Below are positions 24,950-36,949 of a stretch of 64,000 bases of DNA, one piece after another. Position numbers and translations under genes: made by a program. The notes beneath the pieces were generated by a model that saw only the letters and a list, made by a program, of their open reading frames with translations, ran no database searches and was not told where the DNA came from. Each line of letters starts with the position of its first letter. Within the stretch, counting starts at the first letter, position 1. Location: NCBI RefSeq assembly GCF_006345805.1, contig NC_043016.1, forward strand, positions 24,800,001 to 24,864,000. The letters are read 5' to 3'. The stretch is from Octopus sinensis. Lineage: Eukaryota.

Positions 24950-25866
24950 GATCTTTACATTTTGACTGGCAGATTTAGAAAATAACTTTTTGTAACTAAA
25001 CACTTTTAAAACTTCGTATACTGGTAGAATGTGTCATATAAATCATCTTTTACTCTTACCGTTTTTGAGAAAAGTTTATATTTTCAAAGTTATTTCATGT
25101 TAAAGTTGTCGTATTTCGGTAATTTCAACCAATCAATGATGTGTATTCAGCTGAATAAAATTACTGCGGTTGTTTGTCAACAACAACTTCTGGCAGTGTA
25201 TATTTCATTTATCACTGTTATTTATGGCATATTTCATCTCAGTTACATTTGTATGAATAAACGAGTGTATCTGAAGCATGTTTACTTCATGGCACCACCA
25301 TAATCGTTCATGCATTTCTACTGCTTTTAGTTTTTTTTCCTTGTTTTTCAGCTACTATTTTCAGAAAGACTTTTCCCCCCTATCCCTCCAATTTCTTCAT
25401 TTTTCATTTTTTTTCCCATAACTCTAACCCTAAAACCCTAATCCTAACCCTAAAACCCTAACCCTAAAACTCTAACCCTAAAACCCTAACCCTAAAACCC
25501 TAACCCTAAAACTCTAACCCTAAAACCAAAACCCTTAACCCTAACCCTAAAACCTTAAAGCTAAAACCAGTACAAATGCACAAACGATGTTATAAATAAC
25601 AGTGACAAACGAAATATACACCGCCGATAGTTGTTGTTGACAATCAATGGTAGTAATTTTATTCAGCAGAATACACATCATTGATTGGTTGAAATTACCG
25701 AAATACGACAACTTTAACAAGAAATGACTTCGTAGATATAAACTTTTCTCAACAACCCTAAGAGTAAAAGATGTTTTATATGACACATTCTACCAGTGTC
25801 TGAAGTTTGAAAGTGTTTAGTTACAAATAATTAATTTCTTGATCTGCCATTCAAAGGGAAAAGATC
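24950..25866. mobile_element. Non-autonomous element with ~270-bp terminal inverted repeats and a telomere-like core
   Basis: GATCTTT...AAAGATC ends. The arms give mirror ORFs 25031..25303(+) and 25547..25786(-) with near-identical translations. Confidence 0.88.
25421..25568. repeat. Interstitial telomere-like repeat (CCCTAA alternating with CCCTAAAA, 14-bp period)
   Basis: Read directly from the sequence. Confidence 0.9.
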
Positions 25867-27217
25867 TTGAAAGTGGGTGAAAGGAAAAAGATTATGCTTC
25901 AAGAGATAGAACTTTTGGACTGAAGATAGGAAGTAAGTGATGAGCAATAACAAGAGATGATTGATAACAGTAGAAGTAGACTGGGGGAGAGAGAGTGTTG
26001 GGTGGCAGCACTGAAAAGGTGAAAGGAAAATAAGTGGATGAGAGGAACGATAGTATTATGGAAGAGACAGAAGTACTTGAGTGAAGGTAGAAGTAAATGA
26101 AGGGCAATAGCAAAAGATGATGGATGACAATAGAAGTAGGCTAGAGGAGAGAGATTTATGGCTGGCAGCACTGAGAAAGGAAAATAAGTGGGTGAAAGAA
26201 AAAAAGACTATGTTGTGGAAGAGACAGAAGTATTTGTGCAAAGACAGGATGCAATCAACAGGCAATAGCAAGAGATGCTGGAAGGCAATAGAAATTAGGC
26301 TAGAGTAGAGTACTGTAAAGGTGCAAGGAACAAGAATATGATAGAAGAGACAGAAGTAATGGAGTGATGATTAGGGGTATGTAGTGGGCAAGAGTTGATG
26401 GATGACAGTAGAAGTAGGACAGAGTGGAGATTTGTGGCTGGCAGTACTGAAAGGGTGAAAGGAAAATAAGTGGGTGAAAGCCACAAGACTGGGTGAAATC
26501 AACAAGAGCAACAAGGTACAGAAGTATTGGAGTGAAGGTAGGAAGAAAGTAATGGGCAATAGTTAGAGATGATAGATGATAGTCACAGAGACAGCAACAG
26601 CTGGCAGTACTGAAATGGCGAAAGGAAAGTAAGTGGGTGAAAGGAACAAAAATTTTTTTCGAGTGGCAGAAGTATTGGAATGAAGATAGGAAGTGATGTT
26701 CTCTAGCAAGAGATGTTGTATGACAGTAGAAGTAGGCCAGAGTAGAAAGAGTAATGGCTGGTGGTACTGAAAGGGTGAAAGGAAAATAAGTGGGGAAACG
26801 AAAAAGACTATGTTGGAAGAGATGGAGGTATTGGAGTGAAGATCAGACGTGATGACCAATAGCTAGAGATGATGGATGAGAGTAGAATTTTGTTAGAATA
26901 GAGTAATTGTTGGTAGTACTAAAAGTATGATGGGAAAATAAGTGGGTGAAAGGAATTGGAGTATTATTCAAGACTCAGATGTATTGGAATTAAGATAGGA
27001 AGTGATGGTCAATAGCAAGACAGGATGGATGACAATAGAAGTAGGCTAGCATAGAGATGTTTATGGCTGGCAGCACTGAAAAGGTAAAAGAAAAATAAGT
27101 GGCTGAAAGAAACAGGAATATTATAGAAGATCTAGAAGTATTGGAAAGAAGATAGGAAGTAGGTGATGGGCAATAGCAAGGGATGATGGGTGACAGTTGA
27201 AGTAGCATAGAGTAGAG

Positions 27218-27418
27218 CAGTGCTTTTCAAACTTTTTGCTGGAGCGGAACCCCAAGGAAACATTCCACTGGCTCAAGGAACCCCTGTGCAGTAATTTAAT
27301 AGTCTTATGCACACATATCTGCACAGGAGACTTAAAAATTACTGCTGATTTTAGCAGTTTTGTAACTTCTTGCGGAACCCCTGGACTGTACTGGCGGAAC
27401 CCTGGTTGAAAACCACTG
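27218..27418. mobile_element. hAT-superfamily (Charlie-like) MITE, 201 bp
   Basis: TIRs CAGTGCTTTTCAA / TTGAAAACCACTG (one mismatch); perfect 8-bp TSD GAGTAGAG at 27210-27217 and 27419-27426. Confidence 0.92.
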
Positions 27419-28424
27419 GAGTAGAGAGACTTATGGTTGGCAGTAGTGAAAAAGTGAAATGAAAATAATGGGTGAAAGGAACAGGAGTATGATGGAAGGG
27501 ACAGAAGTTTTGGACCAAAGATGGAAAGCTGAATGATCTGTTGTAGTCTCTTCTACATATTTCTCATGAAGGGTAACTCAAAGAGAGGGTCAAAGATGAG
27601 CATATATTGTTGGGGAAATGAATGAAGCAGAGAAAAGATGGATAAAGTGTAAGGGAGTATAGGTGAGCAATAGGTGGATGTTAGGTAGTGGTGGTGATTG
27701 CGGGAGGGGCATGTGTTTCAAAATGCAATGGGAGCAGCAGATGTAGTCTTGACTGTGTACAAAATTTCCTAGCTCATATTTCTGCCCTCATTTCAATATA
27801 CGTCTTGCTCATGGCTGGTCAAGGCTTCTGCAGTATTGCATGCCATCAATCAATGTGGTCCTTTGTCAAACTTCCAGACACCTATCCTACATGATCCGCC
27901 ATCTTGCTTATGAAAATTTCATTAAAGCAAAGATGTTGCTAATGCTATAACGTACTACAGAATAAAGATTATAGATTTAAGCCAACACTGCATGTGTAAA
28001 TTGATTAACGCACTGGACAGGTTTTAAATAGCTATCTTTTATATAATCTTTCTGTTGACAGTCATAAGAGAAAGGATAGTCTTTATAACTGCCCAGTGTT
28101 TTTAATTATATGTTTAGTTTATTTACAGACGTTGTGCTGTTGGCTTGAACTTTTAGGTTTATTCTGCAGCATATCATAACATCAAAAGTTAGTAATTTAA
28201 CCAATAAATTTTGTCTAAAGCACTACAACCACAACTCCCTTCCTCAAATGTGCTTTTTATTCTATCTTTCTCTTCTATCATTACTACGAAAGTATCTCCT
28301 CCTATGAACTAGTTGCTTGTTCGCTATGTCCATCAAGGCAAACTTGATTCACTTGTCTTTCCTCATCTTGTTAGCTCTACATGTGTCTTTGCAATAATTA
28401 CATTCTTCCCGAATCTGCATTTTC

Positions 28425-28850
28425 CAAGAATTCACTTTCTGGCCACATAGTTCTGGATTCAGTCCCACTGCGTGGCACCTTGGGCAAGTGTCTTCTACTA
28501 TATCCTCAGGCCAACCAAAACCTTGTGAGTGGATTTGGTAGATGGAAACTGAAAGAAGCCCATTGCATGTGTGTGTGTGCGTGCGCACGTGCGCATGCAT
28601 GTGTGTGTGTGTATGTCTTTGTGCCTGTGTTTGACAACCGGTGCTGGTATGTTTACATCCCCATAACTTAGCAGTTCACTAAGTTATAACAATAACTTAG
28701 TAGTTCAGCAAAAGAGACTGATAGAATAAGTACCAGATTTTAAAATACTAAACAAATAAATACTGGGGTTGATTCATTCGACTAAAAATTCTTCAAGGTA
28801 GTATCCCAGCATGGCCACAGTCTAATGACTGATACAAGTAAAAAGATAAA
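28425..28850 (+). mobile_element. tRNA-derived SINE, near full length, with internal (TG)n
   Basis: B-box-like gattcagtccc, conserved body and aaagataaaag tail. Confidence 0.8.
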
Positions 28851-29159
28851 AGATGATTGTAACATGCATTCATGAAAACTCATTTTCTGCAAAATGACAT
28901 CTAAAACTATACATTTTAAAGAGAGACATGAGGGAACAAAATCAATATTGTGGAGTGATTCAAATCTCCATCTTTTTTGCATTTACTGAATTCAGTCACT
29001 GGAAAGGCCATGCCTTGTAGGGTTTTAAGTTGAACAAATTGATCCCAGTACTTAGATTTTAGTCTGGCACTTATTCAGTTGGTCCCTTTTAGTTAAACCA
29101 CTAGATTACATGGATGTAAACAAAACTAACACTGGTTGTCAAGTGGTGGGTGGTAGGGT

Positions 29160-29765
29160 AACAAACACAGACACATAGATAAACACACACACACATACAC
29201 GCATAAATGCACATGTATACACATGCATGCATGCATACATACATACATAGACATACATTCATACATATACACACACATACATACATACAGACAGACAGAC
29301 AAGTCCAATCCATCACTGGAACTGTAAAAATCTGTAAAACTTTCCAGAAGTTTATCATTTAAGTACATATGAGCTTGTCTAGATATGTAACTATATGCAT
29401 GAGAATACATACATAAAACATACAAATCTGCACATACATACACACACACATACATACATACATACATACATACATGCATGCATGCATACATACGTACATA
29501 CATACACACACGCACATACATACATACATACATACACACACATATATACATACATGCATGCATGCATGCATACATACATACATACATACATACACACATA
29601 CACATACATACATACATACATACATACATAGCTACATACCCTGTTGCTGATGTTGAAATTCCTATGGAGGAGCTTGGATCTAGGTTAGAAACCAGTTCAT
29701 TCTCTATTGGCAAGAAATCTTGAAATAATCTGAATAATGACATACATACATACATACATGCATAT
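29160..29765. repeat. Compound (TACA)n/(CA)n microsatellites interleaved with an RLE-LINE 3' end fragment
   Basis: The unique blocks at 29300-29430 and 29635-29730 match 34570-34815. Confidence 0.85.
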
Positions 29766-29949
29766 GTAAATACATACATGCATGCATAAAAGATAATTGT
29801 AACATGCATGCATAAAAGATAATTGTAACATGCATTCATGAAAACTTATTTTCTGCAAAATGACATTTAAAAATATACATTTTAAAGAGAGACATGAGGA
29901 AACAAAATCAATGTTGGGGAATGATTCAAAACTTCATATTTTGATTGTT

Positions 29950-30794
29950 GGATATTGGTACGAGAAGCTAACCTTCTACTGACTCTATCTTATCAATCTA
30001 GTACCAGCAAGTTCTCAATGGGAACAGTAACATAGTACATTGGTTAGCTCTGGCAGAGACAAAATTCATCCCCAAATGCAGAACCACCCACATGGCAAAA
30101 AACTACTAGCCAATTGCATACCAGAACTTAATGTATAAGATATATACAGCATGCTTAAACCTCTTCCTCCAGGACTATTGTGAAACCAATAACATCATCA
30201 CAGCAAAACAAGGAGCTGGGAAGAAGGGAGTCTGGGGTGTGTGCTGATAAATTGTTCATCAACAAAACTGTGATGTCAAAGGTGTGAGAGCATAGGATGA
30301 ACTTAGTTTCAATGTGGCTAGATTACAAGATGGCTTTTGACTCTGTTCTTATTCACGGAAGCCCTTCAGCTTGCTAAAGTTTCAGTAAGCATAGTCAAAG
30401 CTATAGCTGACCCACCTTCATTCTGAGCCACCATCTTGAAATGAAACTGATAAATTATCACTGATATAATACAGTATCGCAAGACATATTCCAAGCAGAC
30501 AGCTTCTCTGTAGTGTTGTTTATAGTTTCTGTAAACCCCTTTGTCATTCATGTTAAGGATGTTTGAAGGATATCTCAGTGGTTCACAAGGAAACAGAAAT
30601 ACCAAAATTACACACTTGTTTCTTTGTGGATGACTTTATACGAAGAATATGCATAAGATGAAAAAGAGCCTTGACCTAGTTACAACATCATTAAAGGATG
30701 TAAGGTTGGGGTTTGGTCAGGATAAATGTTGTTATGTGGTTGTGAAAAGGGGGAAGCTATAAGGTGGATGAAAACATATCTTACAATTGCACCT

Positions 30795-30826
<32 letters not shown>

Positions 30827-33800
30827 ATTTGGCTCAAAAGCAAATAGCAAGGCCATGTAGGGGGACATGGAGTTAAGTACAGGGTGGTGTTCATGTAAAG
30901 AGTTCAGGCCACTTGAGGTCAAGGGAGGCTTTGAACAAAAGCGGTCGTCGGCATCTTCACCATCTCGTCTGGCAGCTTGTTCCACGGATCCGCAACCCGG
31001 ATGGAGAAGAGCTCCTCTCCTTCGATTGAGATGAAATCGTCGCAGGTAGAGCTTTTCGGAATGACCCCGCAGCCGACGCTCTGGAGCAGGAGTGAAGAAC
31101 AGCTCTTTCGAGAGGTTACACTTTCCGCTTATGATGTTGTGGCGAGAATGAGATCACCACGGCGGCGGCGTTTTTCAAGAGAATAAAGGTCGAGCGTCCT
31201 GAGCCTTTCTACATAGGACAAATTTTTGAGACCATGAACCATGCGGGTAGCCAGCTTCTGGACTCTTTCGAGATGCTGTATGTCTTTGAGGAGATAAGGA
31301 GAAGAGGCTGAATCCCGTACTCCAATATGGGTCTCACCAGCGTGACATAGAGTGGTAGGAATATGGCTGCTGTGAGCATTCCGAATGACCGTCGAATCAA
31401 GAACAGAATTCCGTGTGCTTTGTTGGCAGCATGGACGCACTGGGCCGAAGGCGAAAAGGAGGAATCCACCAAGATACCCAGGTCCTTTACCTGATCAGTC
31501 CTCTCCAGCAGCAGACGACCCGGCTTGAAATCAAGTTGAGTTGCAGGAGGAGAGCCAACAGGCAGATGACAGCACTTTGTCACGTTCAGACACAGGTCCC
31601 ATTCGTTAGACCACTTCCAAATTTGGTGGAGGCATCGACGAAGATCCTCTATATCACCGCGAGGAGCGACCAGTTTGATATCGTCGGCAAATAGAAGGGT
31701 GTGTTGTGTGAGGTCGTCAGGCAAGTCATTTATGAAGACTAAGAACAATAAGGGCCCAAGCACTGAACCTTGAGGCACGCCACTGCTCGCACTGGAGACG
31801 TCGGACCGCGAACCATTAACTTGGACTTGGAAGGAGCGATCTGAGAGGAAGGCACCAACCCATCGTACAATATCCGGATGGAAACTATATGCTTGAAGCT
31901 TGACAAGTAATAGGCGGTGGTTTACCGAGTCAAAAGCTTTGGCAAAGTCCAATAAAACGATGTCAACAGCATCACTATCATCGAGGATGCGCGTCACCAA
32001 TTCTTCCATTACCAGTAAGTTGGTCAAGCATGATCTCTTCGGCACGAAGCCGTGTTGGGAATCAGAGATAGAGGCTGTGTTTTGGAGGTGGAGCATCATA
32101 CTTTTCTTAAGGATGGTTTCGAACATCTTGCTGATTATTGATGTAAGGGAAACCGGTCGGTAGTTAAGCGGGTCTTCGCGGCTCCCTTTCTTGAAAATTG
32201 GGCAGATTATCGCTGTTCTCCAGTCCGCAGGTATACACAATCGTCGCCAATGACATATTGAATAGACGTGTTAAGGGCTCACAGATGACCGGAGCCAACG
32301 CTTTGATAACCCATGGGTGTATGCCGTCAGGGCCGTGACCCTTGTTGACATTGAGGCCTTGAATAACACGTTTGACTTCGTCCCGCATGATGACCAATCT
32401 AGGCATTGGAGGTACTGATCTATCAAATGGAGGGGGTTCACGACCATCATCTTGTTTGAAAATAGTTGAAAAAGCCTCGGCAAATAATTGACTCTGTTGA
32501 TAAGGGTCCTCAATCGATACGCCTGTTGAGTCTACCAACGTTGCAATCTGGTTGTTCAAGCGGGAATTCCGTTGGACATGGGCAAAGAAGGTTTTTGGAT
32601 TGCTACTGGCATTTGCCGCGATTTTGTATTCATAACTGAAGCGTTCTTCCTTTTCAATTTTCACGGCTCGGTCTCATTGAGTTTTGTACACCTCAAAAGC
32701 TGCAGTCGAATCCAGATTTTTGAATTCAGCCAAGCAATATCTCTGAGTCGACGTTCTCGTTTAACCTTCTTCGTCACCCAGGCTTGTTTTCTTCTTCTTG
32801 GGAGCCCACAGGAACTGCCTGGTCAGTTCAACCAGATTACATATCTTTGAGGGATGACCATAGTTCGTCAACTGAGGACACCGTCATCAGGGATCGCCAG
32901 TCCAGAAGCGTGAACAAAACACATGTCACTAGAGAATATTACAGCTGAATAAAGAAAATTTGAACCTCAGAACTCTCTGCATTCAATAAAACAGTGGCCC
33001 ACAATGTGTTTGCAGTGCCAGTACTTCATACCAACATTTGGGCTGCTTGATTGGACGCTTGATGAGATCCAAGCCATTGATGTGAAAATCCAGAAGATAC
33101 TAACCAACACACATAATTTCCACATAAACAGTGACATAGACCACCTCTACTTAAAACGAAAACAAGGCAGCAGAGGCTTGACATCAATCTAAAATACCTT
33201 TGAACATCATATCATATCCCTTCGACAACATCTTTTGACCACCAACTGTCGAAGTGCATCCCTTGACCAAGTTTGCATACATTAAGCTGATAACATCATA
33301 AGATTTAGAAGGCAGCTCCTTTAGCAACAGTTTATGCCTGATAACCTAGAATACATGCCCAAAGAAGTCGCACAACTCTACCACAACATATTGTAGTGGC
33401 ACAAACAGCCAGCGTCATATTGAATGAGATCTCGTGGCAGCCATTGCCATCTCTGAGACTGGAGTGAGACCTCACCTGCATCCTTTTGCCATGCATGAGA
33501 TCACAACAAGGCTTGCGATGGAAACTATATAAACAGGAAACCGATTCAGACCAGCCTCTTTTGGTGCCCTTACACAGCGGCATTGGTTGAACATGAATGC
33601 TGGCAGAGTTTTCTACCTGTCTATCTCCAGTGGTTACGCACCCCCACTATCAGAGTTTAAGATGGTAGCTGAGAGCAGCACACTTCACCTTTTCTGTAAA
33701 TAAACCAGTTGTAAATAGCAGTTGTACTTGAAGTCTTTTCTTTTCGCCTGCCGAAAGCCTGAACTACATAAAGAACAAGAAAAAGATGATGGAAGAAGAT

Positions 33801-34815
33801 GATATTCCTCCAATATCATAAACCTTGCCTTCCATTACTAAAATATCATCAGATAAAAGGATGTACAGAAAACTATGCATGGATATGTTAGTTGAAATCT
33901 CTGAGATGACAGTAACGTTGATCATGGACCAATAGCCAGATTACTACCTCCCATTTTGAAGAGTATGTGTTTGCAATCCAGGAACCAAGTACCTGATGCA
34001 CAGGAAAAGCAGTAAAATGTGACCAATGCAGACTTTGTGGAGTTAACACTGAAGATATCACCCACATTATAAGCAGTTGCCTGAAAATGTCATCATGGCA
34101 TTATCTGGCAATGAGATATGATGTTGTAGCTAGGACACTTTATAATGAAATCCAGCGGAAGGATAACCTCAAGGACAAAAAATAAGAACCTGCAGTATGG
34201 TAGAAGCCATAGCCACTCATAATAAAAAGGAGTACTGGTGGAATATCCTAAAGAATACTTCAATAAAATGTAAGCACAACAGACCTGATATAATAATTTG
34301 TGATAGAGAAGAGAAACTGTACACAGATGAGGAAATTAGCTGCCCAGTGGATGTTAACATAAAGCTGAAGATCAGTGAAAAAAAGAATACCTGTGCTGAA
34401 CTATTGAGAAATCTGCAGTTACTCTATCCAGATTACAAGTTCTGGTTTATACCTGTAATTACTGGAGCCCTGGGATAAATTACCAATTGCCTAAATTACC
34501 AATTTTGAGAAATTAGGCTTCTCAAAATCAGAAAGGAGAAAGCTAACTTGAAGACTACAGATCAGATCCATCAATGGAATTGAAAGAATTAGTAAAGCTT
34601 TCCAGAAGTTTAGCATTTCAATATACATGAGGATGTCTAGATATGCAACTATATGCATGAGAATACATACATAAAGCAAAACATACAAATCTGCACATTC
34701 ATACATAGAAAAATACCCTGTTGTCAATGTTGAAATTCCAATGAAGGAGCCTTGGATCTAGGCTAGAAAACAGCTCTTTTTCTAATGGCAAGAAATCTTG
34801 AAATAAAACTGAACA
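29950..34815 (+). mobile_element. Decayed R4/Dong-like non-LTR retrotransposon with a restriction-like endonuclease, split by a CR1 insertion
   Basis: RT remnants WLDYKMAFDSV, IFQxDS and FFVDD (30.3-30.65 kb); CRLC...HIISSC zinc knuckle (~34025-34080); HNRPDIII nuclease motif in ORF 34197..34478. Confidence 0.8.
30795..32927 (-). mobile_element. Young 5'-truncated CR1-group LINE with a (TAAC)n 3' tail
   Basis: ORFs 32164..32664, 31209..32240 and 31129..31440 carry NYRPVSLTS, LDFAKAFDSVNH, GVPQGSVLGP, LFADD and LERVQK. About three frameshifts and one in-frame stop. gttagttag tail at 30795-30826. Confidence 0.93.
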
Positions 34816-34842
34816 ATGATATACATTCATACATACAAACAT

Positions 34843-34901
<59 letters not shown>

Positions 34902-35091
34902 TACATACATACATACATACATAGGTATGGGAGAAATAGGGATAAACACAAGTTTATATTATAGTTCTTATATGTTTCACCATTAAGGAGGCTTGGAATC
35001 CTGCTACAGATGTCCCAAGAGAATCAGATGTCAACTTCAATAGATAATCAGGGAATAGTTTATTGCATTAAGCTATAGACAACTATATATA

Positions 35092-35145
<54 letters not shown>

Positions 35146-35172
35146 TATAATATATATTTATTTTTGAAACAG

Positions 35173-35978
35173 ATATTGTTATATTTCGGAATGGTCATTT
35201 TGCCAGTTAGCCAATAAAACACACGCACTATATATTTGATGTTATTTTGCTTCAGTGTTATTTATTTTTAACATTATCTTAATCTTATTTCGGCCAGAGT
35301 TCTTTCGTCACACTCCTGTGATCGCATCAATGGTCCTTTGCTTTTTTGCTTTCTTCTTTCTTATTTGTGTGTCTCCTTACTAACCGTCAGCCATTTTGTA
35401 TTTCTATTGTATGTCTCCATTTGCGCATGCTTATATCTCTATGTGCGTCTATGTTTAGTTAGTGTATATAAGTTTTTGGGGTGTTTTGTTTAATTTAAAA
35501 GATTTTTTATTTATTTATTATTATTATTACTAGTATTGTTGTTATACATACATACAAGCATACATAATGATAATAATAAGTGGATGTAAACACATGAACA
35601 AAATAAGAATAAACAAAAACAAAAACAAGTTACACAAACGTATATAAGCAGAAGATACAAATATTACAGGCATCCCCCCCACACACACACATACACACTA
35701 ACTAAACAGACGCACATAGAGATATAAGCATGCGCAAATGAAGACATACAATAGAAATACAAAATGGCTGACGGTTAGTAAGGAGAGACACAAATAAGAA
35801 AGAAGAAAGCAAAGGACCACTGATGCTGTCACAGGAGAGTGACGAAAGAACTCTGGCCAAAATAAGATTAAGATTAATGTAAAAAATCAATAACACTGAA
35901 GTAAAGTAACACCAAATATATAGTGTGTGTTTTTATTGGCTAAACTGGCAAAATGACCATTCCGAAATATAACAATAT
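35173..35978. mobile_element. Foldback element with ~290-bp arms, each carrying a hammerhead-like core
   Basis: atattgttatatttcgg... versus ...ccgaaatataacaatat; TA-flanked. Confidence 0.88.
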
Positions 35979-36118
35979 ATTATATATAAATATATTCGGT
36001 TTAAGTAATTGAGATTCAAGTGAATTCTAATGAATTCACATAATATGGTCCCTAACTAGGGATGGACACTGTGTAAATCTATATGGTGTTAACCATACGA
36101 CAAGTGGGGTGATTACAA

Positions 36119-36476
36119 ATAGGAAAAAGCACAAGAATGGATTAAATTATCGACGTACAATTGTTTCATACAAGGACATCTTTAATAAAGCTACACAAAA
36201 TGCAGTAAATATAGATGACTCGTACTCGTCAGCTGAAAAACATTCAGAGTTCAATACCTTTCATCGGATCTCCAGGAATTGAACTTTCTTCAATGCAGTT
36301 AAACTCACACCCTCATTTGTATCTACCCCTTTTGATGTTTGGGAATCTCTGATGTTTTTTCAGCTGACGAGTACGAGCCATCTATATTTACTGCTTTTTT
36401 GTAGCTTATTAAAGATGTCCTCGTAAGAAACAATTGTACCCGATAATTTAATCCATTCTTGTTGCTTTTTTCCTAT
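36119..36476. mobile_element. Foldback element with ~130-bp arms, each carrying a CTGACGA...GAAAC core
   Basis: ataggaaaaagc...cagctgaaaaac versus gttttttcagctg...ttttcctat. Confidence 0.88.
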
Positions 36477-36493
36477 ATATAAATATATATTAT

Positions 36494-36557
<64 letters not shown>

Positions 36558-36769
36558 CTGTGTGTGTGTATAGAATATAAGGATAAAATCACGTTAATGA
36601 TACTGTTTAAATTAATAATTATAAACAATGTATATAATTATATTAAGGGGCAAGGGAGAAAACAACCTGTCTTCAACATGCTTGAAATACGAGTGCACTC
36701 AAAAACCATATACATACATACAGATATATACATACATACATATATATAACTTCAAATTTTGGTACAAGG

Positions 36770-36935
36770 CCAGCAACTCTGGGAGAGGATGTAAGTCAAT
36801 TACACTGAAGCCAGTGCTCAACTGGTATTTATTTTATTGACCCCAAAAAGATGAAAGGGAAGGTAAACCTCAGTGGAATTTGAACATAAATGCCACTAAG
36901 CATTTTGCCTGGTGTGCTAACAATTCTGCCAACAC
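36770..36935 (-). mobile_element. CORE/MIR-like SINE fragment
   Basis: Reverse complement of the unit at 53810-54090 (cactaagcattttgcctgg, ttgacccc-aaaagatgaaagg). Confidence 0.6.
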
Positions 36936-36949
36936 ACCACATTAATCAT

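Larger units (their letters stand above)
21085..27530. repeat. Diverged purine-rich satellite, unit ~150-180 bp (156 bp at the left end)
   Basis: Recurrent gcaatagcaagagatgatggatgacagtagaagta and aagtgggtgaaagga motifs; near-identical units start at 21160 and 21316. Confidence 0.9.

Noticed and set aside
25031-25786. Two similar ~80-90 aa ORFs on opposite strands as paralogous genes
   Set aside because: They are the two arms of one inverted repeat and show no protein features.
21316-27324. Many long minus-strand ORFs (up to 341 aa; Ser/Leu/Phe/Tyr-rich)
   Set aside because: The C/T-rich strand of a satellite is naturally stop-poor. ORFs occur in all three frames and show no domain signal.
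29126-29839. MYVC/HTYI, IY and MMM-repeat ORFs here and at 175-489, 34699-34951, 42845-43352
   Set aside because: Translations of microsatellites.
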